Of a DNA stretch of 35,400 nt, positions 19,955 to 29,300 are shown one piece after another; position 1 is the first letter of the stretch, and each line of letters opens with the position of its first letter. The translations under genes and the position numbers were made by a program. The notes under the pieces were generated by a model, which saw only the letters and a list, made by a program, of their open reading frames with translations, was not told the origin of the DNA and ran no database searches. Location of the stretch: contig JAGVWJ010000003.1 of NCBI GenBank assembly GCA_018304385.1, forward strand, positions 1 through 35,400, read 5' to 3'. The stretch is from Candidatus Micrarchaeota archaeon. GTDB lineage: Archaea > Micrarchaeota > Micrarchaeia > Anstonellales > Bilamarchaeaceae.

Positions 19955-21799
19955 ATGACAAAAATAGTAGGCATAGATTTAGGCACCAGTAATTCGGCAG
20001 CATCAGTTTTGCAAGGAGGAAGGCCAGTTATTATTCCAAGCTCAGAAGGAATAACGCAATATGGAAAGGCATTTCCAAGTTATGTTGCAATTACAAAGGA
20101 CGGCCAAAGAATAATTGGTGAGCCTGCACGTCGTCAGGCAGTTACAAATCCCGAGGGCACGTTAACTGCATTCAAGCGAAAAATGGGAACTGATTTCAAA
20201 TATAAAATCTGGGGCAAGGATTATAGGCCGCAAGAACTTAGTGCAATGCTCTTGCAAAAAATAAAGCAAGATACTGAGGCATTTCTAGGCGAACCAGTTA
20301 CCAAAGCAGTAATTACTGTACCAGCTTATTTCAATGATAATCAGAGACAAGCAACTAAAGACGCTGGCGAAATAGCCGGTCTTGAGGTCGTGCGTCTTGT
20401 GAACGAGCCAACTGCTGCATGCCTAGCCTATGGTTTGGATAAAACAGGCAAAGAAATGAAAATAATGGTATTTGATCTTGGTGGCGGAACGCTAGACGTT
20501 ACTATAATGGATTTTGGGGGCGGGGTATTCGAAGTAAAATCCACTTCAGGCGATACACAATTAGGCGGAACAGACATGGATAGAATTCTAACAGAATTTC
20601 TAGTTGATCAGTTTAGAAAAGAAAGTAGTGCTGATATTTCTAAAAACGAACAATCAATGATGAGACTGCGTGAGGCAGCAGAAAAAGCAAAAATAGAACT
20701 ATCCACAACGCTTTCGAGCGAAATTAATCTACCTTATTTGCACGAGCAGAAACATTTTAGATTTACGCTTACGCGTGCAAAGCTAGAGGATTTAGTAAGG
20801 CCAATAATTGATCGCTGCCGTCAGCCAGTTGAGCGCGCATTAAAGGATGCAAAATTATCTCCAGTACAAATAGATAAAATAATTCTAGTTGGCGGTCCAA
20901 CTCGTATGCCAATAGTTCAGAAATTCGTAGAGGATCTAGTTAATAAAAAAGTAGAGCGTGGCGTTGACCCAATGGAATGCGTTGCAATGGGTGCAGCGAT
21001 TCAGGCAGGCGTGCTTGCAGGCGAAGTAAAAGATATTTTACTTTTGGATGTAACACCACTTAGCTTGGGCATTGAAACACTTGGTGGCGTTAACACAGTG
21101 CTGATTACAAGAAACACTACAATACCAAGTAAAAAATCACAAACATTTAGCACAGCAGCAGATTTCCAGCAAGCAGTAGATATCAAGGTTTATCAAGGTG
21201 AGCGTCCGATGGCAAAAGACAATGTGCTATTAGGCGAATTCCAGCTATTAGGTATTCCACCTGCACCTCGTGGTGTTCCACAGATAGAAGTTTCATTTGA
21301 CATAGATGCAAATGGAATAATGCATGTTGGTGCAAAGGATTTAGGAACTGGAAAAGAGCAGAAAATGCGTATTACTGCACCGACTAAAATGAACAAGGAT
21401 GAAATAGAAAAGAAGATGAAAGAGGCAGAAGAGTTCGCAGAGCAGGATAAAAAAACACGCGAGCTTGTTGAAACAAAGAACGAAGCTGAATCGCTAATAT
21501 ATACTGCAGAAAAAACAATTGCTGACCTAAAGGATAAACTGCCCAAGGATAAAGTAGAAGCAATAGAAAATGCATCCAAGAAACTAAAAGAAACAATTTC
21601 TAGTGATGATGTCGGTAGAATACGCAGCGAGAATGAAAACCTAAAGAAAGTTTTACAAGAAGCTGGCAGCTATATATATCAGCAAGCTGGAGCACAAGGT
21701 GGAGATACAGGACCGAAGACCGAAGACGTAGGACCTGGGGCCGGAGACGACAAGACTGTAGATGCAGATTATGAGAAAGTTGATGATGATAAAAAATAG
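19955..21799 (+). CDS. dnaK: Chaperone DnaK (Hsp70)
   Basis: [28 protein letters not shown] and [17 protein letters not shown]; GGTGG SD before ATG 19955. Confidence 0.98.
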   Translation: MTKIVGIDLGTSNSAASVLQGGRPVIIPSSEGITQYGKAFPSYVAITKDGQRIIGEPARRQAVTNPEGTLTAFKRKMGTDFKYKIWGKDYRPQELSAMLLQKIKQDTEAFLGEPVTKAVITVPAYFNDNQRQATKDAGEIAGLEVVRLVNEPTAACLAYGLDKTGKEMKIMVFDLGGGTLDVTIMDFGGGVFEVKSTSGDTQLGGTDMDRILTEFLVDQFRKESSADISKNEQSMMRLREAAEKAKIELSTTLSSEINLPYLHEQKHFRFTLTRAKLEDLVRPIIDRCRQPVERALKDAKLSPVQIDKIILVGGPTRMPIVQKFVEDLVNKKVERGVDPMECVAMGAAIQAGVLAGEVKDILLLDVTPLSLGIETLGGVNTVLITRNTTIPSKKSQTFSTAADFQQAVDIKVYQGERPMAKDNVLLGEFQLLGIPPAPRGVPQIEVSFDIDANGIMHVGAKDLGTGKEQKMRITAPTKMNKDEIEKKMKEAEEFAEQDKKTRELVETKNEAESLIYTAEKTIADLKDKLPKDKVEAIENASKKLKETISSDDVGRIRSENENLKKVLQEAGSYIYQQAGAQGGDTGPKTEDVGPGAGDDKTVDADYEKVDDDKK

Positions 21800-21843
21800 T
21801 TAAATTAAAACTCTATGCTAGGGATATTTTCCAGGTGATACTA

Positions 21844-22848
21844 ATGGCATTAAAACAAGCAATGAGTGGCTCAGAATTAATTATTAATAGAAAAACAGGC
21901 ACGCTCTACCATATTAATTTGTCTCGCCAAGATGGTTTTCCATCACGCTTCTTATTAGTTGGAGACCCACAGCGCGTCCGCGAAGTTGCAAAGTTTTTTG
22001 ATGACGGAATAAAGGGAGAGCGCTCTAATCGTGAATTTGTTTCTGTTTGGGGTACATATAAAGGATTGCCAGTTGCTGCAATGGGGACAGGCATCGGGCC
22101 AGATAATACTGAAATTGGTCTAGTAGAAATGCACGCTGTTTTTGAATATGATAATGAGAGGGATTTGTGGACACCACCAAAGGACCCAGTTACTCTTATT
22201 AGAATCGGCACGAGTGCTTCTCCTCAGCGAGATGTCAAACTTGGAACACTCGCAATAACTGAGCATGCAATAGGATTAGATAATACTGGATTGTTCTATT
22301 TGCATAAGCCGTTGGGAGACTATTCGGATTTAGACGATATTATGTTTACTCCAAATAATCCAACTGCAAGAAAAGTTTGGGAGCAACTAACAAGAGTTTT
22401 ACCATTAGCTGTACTTAGTATAATTCGTCCTTATGTGAGTACGGCAACTCCAGATGTTGTAGCAGCACTTAGGGAGTCAGTTGGATTACGTCCTGATATA
22501 CGATCTGAATCTGGGTTAACAACCACTGCACCTGGATTTTTTGCTCCGCAAGGAAGGAGAATTGGACGATTGAGCAATATTTTGGTTCCAGATTTACAAG
22601 AGAGACTTGCGCAATTAACAATAAGGCGCCATCTCGGAATAGAAGATAATATTCGAGCTGCAAATAATGAAATGGAAACAAGCGTACTGTTACGTGTTGC
22701 AGCGGAAATTCTAGGTTATCGTGCAGGTGCAGTATGCCTAGTTATTGCTAATCGCGCTGAAGGTGAATTCATAACACCAGAACAATATGCGCGAGGTGTT
22801 GATGCAGCTATTGTTACTGGGTTAGAAGCGCTTCATAAATTGGGATAG
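21844..22848 (+). CDS. udp: Uridine/nucleoside phosphorylase (NP-I family)
   Basis: [23 protein letters not shown] and NNEMETS; AGGTGA SD. Confidence 0.8.
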   Translation: MALKQAMSGSELIINRKTGTLYHINLSRQDGFPSRFLLVGDPQRVREVAKFFDDGIKGERSNREFVSVWGTYKGLPVAAMGTGIGPDNTEIGLVEMHAVFEYDNERDLWTPPKDPVTLIRIGTSASPQRDVKLGTLAITEHAIGLDNTGLFYLHKPLGDYSDLDDIMFTPNNPTARKVWEQLTRVLPLAVLSIIRPYVSTATPDVVAALRESVGLRPDIRSESGLTTTAPGFFAPQGRRIGRLSNILVPDLQERLAQLTIRRHLGIEDNIRAANNEMETSVLLRVAAEILGYRAGAVCLVIANRAEGEFITPEQYARGVDAAIVTGLEALHKLG

Positions 22849-22849
22849 T

Positions 22850-23224
22850 ATGCAATCATATTACAAAATTCTTGGTGTCAAGCGCAATGCTAATGCTGAT
22901 GAAATAAAATCAGCATATCGCAAGTTAGCATTAGAGCATCATCCAGACCATGGCGGCAATGAGGAAAAATTCAAAGAAATAAATGAAGCGTATTCTGTTT
23001 TAAGCGATAATAAAAAAAGAAAATTATATGATGAGTTCATAGAAACTACTCCATTTGCACAAAACATATACTCGTCATGGCTCGCATATCTAGAAAGATC
23101 AGTAAATATACACAAACAAGAATGCCATATATGTAGAAGCGGATACATGAGATGCGATATTGGCGATATGTTCAATTCAATAAAAGAAGTAGTAAAAGAT
23201 AATAAGAACAATGCGTATAGATAA
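22850..23224 (+). CDS. Small J-domain protein with a C-terminal CxxC
   Basis: YYKILGV...[24 protein letters not shown] with the HPD motif intact, followed by ECHICRSG. Confidence 0.85.
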   Translation: MQSYYKILGVKRNANADEIKSAYRKLALEHHPDHGGNEEKFKEINEAYSVLSDNKKRKLYDEFIETTPFAQNIYSSWLAYLERSVNIHKQECHICRSGYMRCDIGDMFNSIKEVVKDNKNNAYR

Positions 23225-23226
23225 AA

Positions 23227-23292
23227 GTAAGGCTATTTTATAAAAATCCTTACATTTTTAAATCTTTCCTTACATAAATAATATTTGTAAGG
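23227..23292. promoter_or_regulatory. Array of four CCTTAC/GTAAGG half-sites; putative AbrB-antitoxin operator
   Basis: GTAAGG at 23227, CCTTAC at 23248, CCTTAC at 23268 and GTAAGG at 23287, spaced about 20 bp apart. Confidence 0.6.
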
Positions 23293-23300
23293 TGGTAAAT

Positions 23301-23537
23301 ATGGAAATCGCAAAGGCTAAAATAACTTCAAAAAGACAAATAACTATCCCAAAGGTAGTTAGCAAAGAACTGGATTTAGATGAGGGAGATGAAATAGTTT
23401 TTCTCGTGGAAAGAAAAAACGTGAGTTTGATTAAAAATCCCAAAGACCTAATGAAAGCCATGGACAACTTCTCAGAAGGGAAGAGTTTTCCTGATATAAG
23501 TCACGAACTACAAAAATCGAGAAGAGAATGGAAATAA
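23301..23537 (+). CDS. AbrB/MazE/SpoVT family antitoxin
   Basis: AKITSKRQITIPKVV..ELDLDEGDEIVF; GGTGG SD. Confidence 0.9.
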   Translation: MEIAKAKITSKRQITIPKVVSKELDLDEGDEIVFLVERKNVSLIKNPKDLMKAMDNFSEGKSFPDISHELQKSRREWK

Positions 23538-23550
23538 ATAGGCGACCTCT

Positions 23551-23970
23551 ATGGAAAACATACTATTAGATGCATCTGTTTTTTTAGAATATTTTTTAAA
23601 AGGCGCAAAATTAGAAAAATCTAGAAAATATATAAACGAATTACTCGAAAATAAAAATCTTGGTATAATAAGCACTATGTGTATTCTTGAAGTAAAGTAT
23701 CATATTATAAGAAGACTTGGGCATGAAAAGGCAGAGGAAGCAGTTTTTTTCATTAAAAATTGTAAGAATCTTAAAATATGCGACTTAGATGATAAAATAG
23801 CTGAAATCGCTGCTGACATAAAAATAAAATACTACAACAAAGATGAGTCTCCACTTTCTTTCGCTGATGCTATTCATGTGGCAACTGCAATTCAAAATAA
23901 ATGCAGAAAGTTAGTTACTACTGATTCTGATTTTAAAGGAATTAAAGAGATTAAAGCTGAACTTTACTAA
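23551..23970 (+). CDS. vapC: PIN-domain toxin (VapC-like)
   Basis: ILLDASVF, ILEV, SFADAIHVATA and LVTTDSDF; the acidic catalytic set appears intact. Confidence 0.9.
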   Translation: MENILLDASVFLEYFLKGAKLEKSRKYINELLENKNLGIISTMCILEVKYHIIRRLGHEKAEEAVFFIKNCKNLKICDLDDKIAEIAADIKIKYYNKDESPLSFADAIHVATAIQNKCRKLVTTDSDFKGIKEIKAELY

Positions 23971-23987
23971 ATCTAAAAGTGATAAAA

Positions 23988-25106
23988 ATGGCCAAACGAG
24001 ATTACTATGAAATTCTAGGTCTTTCAAAAAATGCAAGCGTAGACGATATAAAAAAAGCATATAGAAATTTAGCAATGAAACATCATCCAGATAAAGGTGG
24101 GGATGCAGAAAAGTTCAAAGAGCTAAGCGAGGCATATGCAGTGCTTAGTGATCAACAAAAGCGCGAGGCATACAACCAGTTTGGTCATGATGCATTTAGT
24201 CAGCAATATAGTCAGGAAGATATATTCCGTGGCGCAGACTTTGAAGGTTTTGAAGAGTTATTTAAGCGAGCAGGTTTTGGCGGATCGCCATTCGAAGACT
24301 TGTTTGGCCAGTTTTTTGGCTTTGGTCGCAGTCGTGGTGGAAGACGAAAACAATATGGTGCTGATCTAATTACTGATATTGAAATAAGCTTAGAAGAAGC
24401 AGCAAAAGGTGTGAAGAAAGATCTGAATATTAATCATACAAGGGCTTGTATTCATTGTAAAGGTTCGTGCGCAGAGCCAGGCAGCGAGAAAAAAACATGT
24501 GATACATGCAAAGGTAATGGTCAGGTGCAGCATGTTCGTAGTAGTGGCATGATGCGCTTTGTTTCTGTAAGCACATGCAACAAATGCAGGGGCGAGGGTG
24601 TAATCATTACGCAAGCATGCAAAACTTGTAGAGGCAGTGGAGTACAATATCAAGAAGAAACTGTTAAGGTAGATATTCCAACAGGTATAGAGAACGGAAT
24701 GCGATTGCGATTAGATGGAATGGGAGAAGCAGGTCATGATGGTTCTGGAGATTTATATGTTAATGTATTTGTAAAGAAACACAGCCTGTTCGAGCGCAAC
24801 GAAGATGACCTATATTTAAAGATTCCAATAAGCTTTGCACAAGCTGCGCTTGGTTGTGATCTAGAAGTTCCAACATTATTTGGAAAAGCAAGACTACATG
24901 TTCCAGCAGCAACACAATCCCATACAATGTTCAGGTTGCGGGGGGAAGGTGTGCCTAATCTGCGCAGCCATAGCAAAGGCGATCAGTATGTGCAAGTTGT
25001 TGTAAAAGTTCCAGATAAGCTTTCAACTAAACAAAAAGAATTATTAAAGGAGTTTGAAAGCGAAAGCAATAAGAAAAAGGGTTTCTTTGATAATTTATTT
25101 TGCTAA
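23988..25106 (+). CDS. dnaJ: Chaperone DnaJ
   Basis: J domain with HPD, G/F region, four CxxCxGxG-type zinc motifs and a C-terminal domain. Confidence 0.97.
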   Translation: MAKRDYYEILGLSKNASVDDIKKAYRNLAMKHHPDKGGDAEKFKELSEAYAVLSDQQKREAYNQFGHDAFSQQYSQEDIFRGADFEGFEELFKRAGFGGSPFEDLFGQFFGFGRSRGGRRKQYGADLITDIEISLEEAAKGVKKDLNINHTRACIHCKGSCAEPGSEKKTCDTCKGNGQVQHVRSSGMMRFVSVSTCNKCRGEGVIITQACKTCRGSGVQYQEETVKVDIPTGIENGMRLRLDGMGEAGHDGSGDLYVNVFVKKHSLFERNEDDLYLKIPISFAQAALGCDLEVPTLFGKARLHVPAATQSHTMFRLRGEGVPNLRSHSKGDQYVQVVVKVPDKLSTKQKELLKEFESESNKKKGFFDNLFC

Positions 25107-25152
25107 GTTTTGGCTGCAACTTTTATAAGCATATCTATACTAATTATGCAAC

Positions 25153-26148
25153 ATGAGAAGACTAGCCTTGGGCCGTGAGCCTTGTGCAGTGAGCGCTATA
25201 CTACATGCAAATGATCCCTTTAGACGATATAAACCAGAACCAACTCATGAAGTAAGAAAACCAGGTATTACAGGCCAATCATTTATAGAACAAGCAAGAA
25301 GAACAAGACAAATGCTAAAGGAAATGGACCCAGAAGTAGCAAAACAACAAATTGAATTTCACAGAGATTTAGATCTATTCGAAGCTTTTGCATTAGCAAA
25401 AAGAGAAGGAGAACTAATAGTTCCAAACATTGTTCATGACAAAATTCTAATCAGAACAACAGGTTGGAGATATTCAGACCAAAATTATCCCGTATGGACA
25501 GGTACTTTAATTATTTATGAAAAACCAGATACGCCATTTGAAGATAAGGTTGTATTTATTCGGAAGAATCTTTTCAAACAGGATAACGTATATTCTATTT
25601 CCTTCAAAGTCCCAGATCAATTCCAAGGTAAACCAAACTGTGCATTAGCAATAGAACATCCAGACTTTGATTTGATAGAGTTAGGAAAAAACAAATATGA
25701 AATTAAACTGGTAGAAGGAGCAGATGTCCATCTAATAGAAAACTTTCCTAAAGAACACAGTTGGCACATGCCACATGCTGAAACAGGAATCCCACAAGGC
25801 GAACCAGTAGAAGGAGCATACAAAGTAAGATATTTATGGAGAACTTCTTATTCTTACATTGGTCCTTTGGTTCGCGGCTTCGTTGACATCTTCGGTGGAA
25901 GGCCAGGTGTCGTTGCGAAGGAGCACGATGTTTTCGATCGTTTTGGGATGGCAGTAGTCAGTATTGGTCGTCCTGAAGAGCGGAGCTCTCCCGATTGTTG
26001 CGTTGCGCAACAATTGGTATCTTGTCGCAACGCGACAAGTTTGTTGGGAGGTCGAGAAGTACGCAGTATTTCGAGAGATTTGTCCGTAGGACAAACAGAT
26101 CGTGACCGAAGGTCACTGGACGACGCGCCCGCGCTGAAAAACGACTAG
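25153..26148 (+). CDS. Probable DGR variable (target) protein with a C-terminal CLec-type variable region; remote target
   Basis: The C-terminal YIGPLVRG-xxxxxx-GR-xx-V-x-A-xxxxxxx-RFG-x-AVV pattern resembles DPANN DGR variable regions. NNY codons occupy the putative variable positions, GC content rises locally, and a GGA-loop hairpin lies ~30 nt downstream. Confidence 0.7.
   Translation: MRRLALGREPCAVSAILHANDPFRRYKPEPTHEVRKPGITGQSFIEQARRTRQMLKEMDPEVAKQQIEFHRDLDLFEAFALAKREGELIVPNIVHDKILIRTTGWRYSDQNYPVWTGTLIIYEKPDTPFEDKVVFIRKNLFKQDNVYSISFKVPDQFQGKPNCALAIEHPDFDLIELGKNKYEIKLVEGADVHLIENFPKEHSWHMPHAETGIPQGEPVEGAYKVRYLWRTSYSYIGPLVRGFVDIFGGRPGVVAKEHDVFDRFGMAVVSIGRPEERSSPDCCVAQQLVSCRNATSLLGGREVRSISRDLSVGQTDRDRRSLDDAPALKND
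25967..26124. repeat. Closed multi-hairpin palindromic element (six triloop hairpins)
   Basis: Stems at 25977-89, 25991-26017, 26021-39, 26052-74, 26079-95 and 26102-16, enclosed by GTCGTCC/GGACGAC. Confidence 0.85.
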
Positions 26149-26157
26149 CAGTCATCT

Positions 26158-26571
26158 CTATTCTAATACTTTAAAACTATCCCTTGCTCTCTTATAAATG
26201 ACAGCAAATTTATTCATATCTTTTTGTAAAACACTATAGCTTAAGATATAGAATCTGGCCTGCGGTTCGTAATGAATTATTAAATTAATTATTACTGCAT
26301 CTGTTTTTTTACCATTAACAATAGCATCTGCTTTGAAAACTGTTTGTACAGAAGGTAGCTTATCTACGCTGCTATTTTCTCTTGAGATTAATTTATATTT
26401 ATTATTTTTTTTCATACCTGCGATTAAATCTCCACTAAATTTATCTAAATTAGAAAAAAGCGCAGAAATTGAGCGAATCGCAAGCACACCTTGCTGTCTA
26501 TATCTGTCTGAGAAAATATAGCCATACTCATTGCTGATATCAACTACTTTCCAATCAGCAGGTATCTCCAA
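26158..26571 (-). CDS. PsbP/Mog1-like hypothetical protein, possibly 5'-truncated
   Basis: The frame extends upstream to ~26673 (..FKEFKNKDEKYSLEIPADWKVV, typical of PsbP-like N-termini) without an ATG or signal peptide. Confidence 0.45.
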   Translation of the reverse strand: MEIPADWKVVDISNEYGYIFSDRYRQQGVLAIRSISALFSNLDKFSGDLIAGMKKNNKYKLISRENSSVDKLPSVQTVFKADAIVNGKKTDAVIINLIIHYEPQARFYILSYSVLQKDMNKFAVIYKRARDSFKVLE

Positions 26572-26719
26572 AGAATATTTTTCATCCTTATTCTTGAATT
26601 CCTTAAAATGGAAACTACCTTCTGTTTTTCTTCTTAGCAGCGCGTCAATTATGGACAGAGAAACACCATATATCTATGAAAATGCTAATCTATATAAACT
26701 AGATAGCAGAAAGGTTTTT

Positions 26720-28141
26720 ATGAAACATTTATTACTTATTTTGATTTTTTCCGGTATCTTTTTTGCAGCTGATTTAGATAAATATAATCTAGATCCAGAT
26801 GATTCATATATCTACATTTCAAGAAGTGGAGATGGCGAAGAAAATTTTTATAGTTGGGACGTAAAAGAGAGCATATTGATTAAAGGAAAATTGAAGAAAG
26901 AAGTTCCTAATTATTATCTGAAAGCAGATTATGATGTAGCAGTTTATATCTTAGATGATGCAACGGTTATATGGAACTTAGATGATAAGTCAAGCGAGGA
27001 GTTTACAGGTACTGGAGTTAAAACCGCCTCTGGAATAGATTGGATAAAACCTCCATGTGGCATGACAAAAACAACACAAGACAGCGGAACAAAAAAATTA
27101 GAGGAATTAGACAGTTTCACTGAGTTGGTTGGAGGAAAGATGACTACATTTAGAATAAGCGAGACCCGAGAGAGTGGAGGAGGCGGAGGGTCTTACAAAT
27201 GGACAGGCAGATTTTTGTTGGTAGTTAGAGAGAGACAAGAATATTTACCTCCAGCTTATACTACTGCGAAGTCTTCTTATTATTACGAGATAAACACTGG
27301 TTTTATTCTTAACCCAACATTAAATTATGAAACAAACTGCAAGAATGATGCTCCTTATTCTAAAGTACAAAACTTAGAGTATTATTTCGCTCCTTTAAGC
27401 AATGCAACTGCGCTAGGGGTTGATACAATTAACGGTTCTCTATTGTTATCTCCATTTAATGATTATAGCATACCAAAAGAAGCTATTGGAAATAATTTTC
27501 TAACTTATCAGCTTAGAGAACCAGACGGGTATACACCAGTAGGAAACAAAATGATAAAATTCAATACACAATGGAGACTTGTTTTACCTGAAAACATTAA
27601 AGCAAGTGCACCTAGTGGCTCAGACGCTACTGGTTCTAATGGTGGAGATGACCTAGGAACAAGTGGAACTGATGGGGGTGCAGGCACAACAGGGAATAAT
27701 GATGGTGGTAGGGACACTCAATCAGGTGGTCAAGGCAGTGGCTGCATTTTCGAAACCTGCAGTGTAAACGTTATTGCAGAACCAACTGATAATAACGAGG
27801 GTGGCATAGAGGTTACAGATAGCAGTGGAAATTCAGTACCTAATGTCGAAGTAAAGGTTATTGACCCAGTAGGTAGTTCCACTTCTTATTATACAGATGG
27901 GAATGGTCAGGCAGTAATAAATTTTAAGGCTGGCCCGGGAGAATATAAAATAATAATTGCAAATAAAGAATTAAAGAAAATTAAAATAGAACCAAAAGCA
28001 GGAGATATAGAGAAAAAACCAACTACATTTTTAGAAGATGAAAATACAAGAAATATGTTAATTATAGTTATAGTTGTAATAATTTTAGTTGCATTATATA
28101 TGAAATCTAGAAAATCCTCAGCGCAAGTTCCACCAAGCTAA
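26720..28141 (+). CDS. Secreted surface protein with a Gly/Thr linker, Ig-like domain and C-terminal TM anchor
   Basis: MKHLLLILIFSGIFFAA signal at ATG 26720, G/S/T/D linker, TDGNGQA motif and a hydrophobic C-terminus with basic tail. Confidence 0.75.
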   Translation: MKHLLLILIFSGIFFAADLDKYNLDPDDSYIYISRSGDGEENFYSWDVKESILIKGKLKKEVPNYYLKADYDVAVYILDDATVIWNLDDKSSEEFTGTGVKTASGIDWIKPPCGMTKTTQDSGTKKLEELDSFTELVGGKMTTFRISETRESGGGGGSYKWTGRFLLVVRERQEYLPPAYTTAKSSYYYEINTGFILNPTLNYETNCKNDAPYSKVQNLEYYFAPLSNATALGVDTINGSLLLSPFNDYSIPKEAIGNNFLTYQLREPDGYTPVGNKMIKFNTQWRLVLPENIKASAPSGSDATGSNGGDDLGTSGTDGGAGTTGNNDGGRDTQSGGQGSGCIFETCSVNVIAEPTDNNEGGIEVTDSSGNSVPNVEVKVIDPVGSSTSYYTDGNGQAVINFKAGPGEYKIIIANKELKKIKIEPKAGDIEKKPTTFLEDENTRNMLIIVIVVIILVALYMKSRKSSAQVPPS

Positions 28142-28414
28142 TTATGCTGCTTTTTTTGCTTGCTCCGCATCAATGTAACTCCATCTAACTCCTTTCCCAG
28201 TCAGTATATTTGCGATTGTTTCTCCACTTAGCAATATCCATCCATGTGTTGGATTACGTAATACATTTCTATATTTACGTAATCTTTGCAATAAGTAATC
28301 TGGTGTTGTGCCTAGGATACGTGCAGCTTCTTCTAGTATATAAAACCTATTTAGCTCTAAGCACATCTCTCTTCTTCTTGGTGCATGTGTCTGAGCATGT
28401 CTTAGTATGGCCAT
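28142..28414 (-). CDS. Small HTH_17/excisionase-like DNA-binding protein
   Basis: FYILEEAARILGTTPDYL resembles MerR/Xis-type HTH starts. Confidence 0.45.
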   Translation of the reverse strand: MAILRHAQTHAPRRREMCLELNRFYILEEAARILGTTPDYLLQRLRKYRNVLRNPTHGWILLSGETIANILTGKGVRWSYIDAEQAKKAA

Positions 28415-28458
28415 TGATTAATTAGAGATTATAAACTATTTAAATAAATGTCCCAAAA

Positions 28459-29283
28459 CTATACTAGCTTTTTCTTTGGTACCTTGTCTAGGAAAGCACC
28501 TTTTTCACTATCGAAGTCTATTTTTGTTGTTACAGGTATAATCCATGGCGCCCATACCATCTCTACTTTTGGTCCTTCAACTGTTATCTCAATTGGATAG
28601 TGTCCTTTAGGTACCCGTGCATCACCAAAAGCTATGCCTTCTCCACCTTCTTGAAATTCACTTGGCCTCTGTAATCCTATCTCTCTTTGTACTGCCTCAC
28701 CAAATGTTTTAGCTATTGCTTCATAACCCTCCTCAAATGCGAATGGGGCAGGTGTACTCATACTGCCCTTGAATCCATTTCTCAGGATAAGACTAACATT
28801 TTTTACAAAATCGTCCTTGGTAGATTTAATAAAATCAGTGCTTGCCACGACCTCGAATGTTGAAATTACTTTAATTTTTATCCCATTTTGACCTGCATCT
28901 TCAATAACTTTAGCCATTTCGCTAAAGCTTTCAGCTAATGATAGATCTTGATTATCACCTATCTCTTGAAGTCTTTTTAGATATTCATCAAGCTGTTCTT
29001 GAGTTCCTCCCCTAGCTTCTAATTTAGACCCCTTTAAATTAATTGGCACATATACAGGAGCACTTTCTAAGATTTTAGCTAATTTTCCAACATCTGTTCC
29101 GGCATCTTTTAATTTTTTTCTATAATCTTTTGACTCTTGTTGGATTTTTGTTTCAACTACTGCCACAGCTCGGTCAAATGCAGCAGCAAGTCTTTTCTCT
29201 AGCTCTTGACTTTTTATCTGCGGTGTTAAATCCTCTAAGCGTATTCCTGTTTGTTTTGCAAATGCTGGTTGTGGCTCACCCAT
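28459..29283 (-). CDS. Hypothetical protein
   Basis: 274-aa ORF with GGTGA SD and no recognisable motif. Confidence 0.6.
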   Translation of the reverse strand: MGEPQPAFAKQTGIRLEDLTPQIKSQELEKRLAAAFDRAVAVVETKIQQESKDYRKKLKDAGTDVGKLAKILESAPVYVPINLKGSKLEARGGTQEQLDEYLKRLQEIGDNQDLSLAESFSEMAKVIEDAGQNGIKIKVISTFEVVASTDFIKSTKDDFVKNVSLILRNGFKGSMSTPAPFAFEEGYEAIAKTFGEAVQREIGLQRPSEFQEGGEGIAFGDARVPKGHYPIEITVEGPKVEMVWAPWIIPVTTKIDFDSEKGAFLDKVPKKKLV

Positions 29284-29300
29284 TTAAAATCACCAAATAA

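Noticed and set aside
21711-21751. dnaK tail as a member of the GNA-hairpin family (shares GACCGAAG, CGTAGGAC)
   Set aside because: It forms no stem; heptamer periodicity explains it better.
25967-26124. CRISPR array or tRNA
   Set aside because: There are no identical direct repeats with spacers, no cas genes and no T-loop/anticodon-arm consensus.
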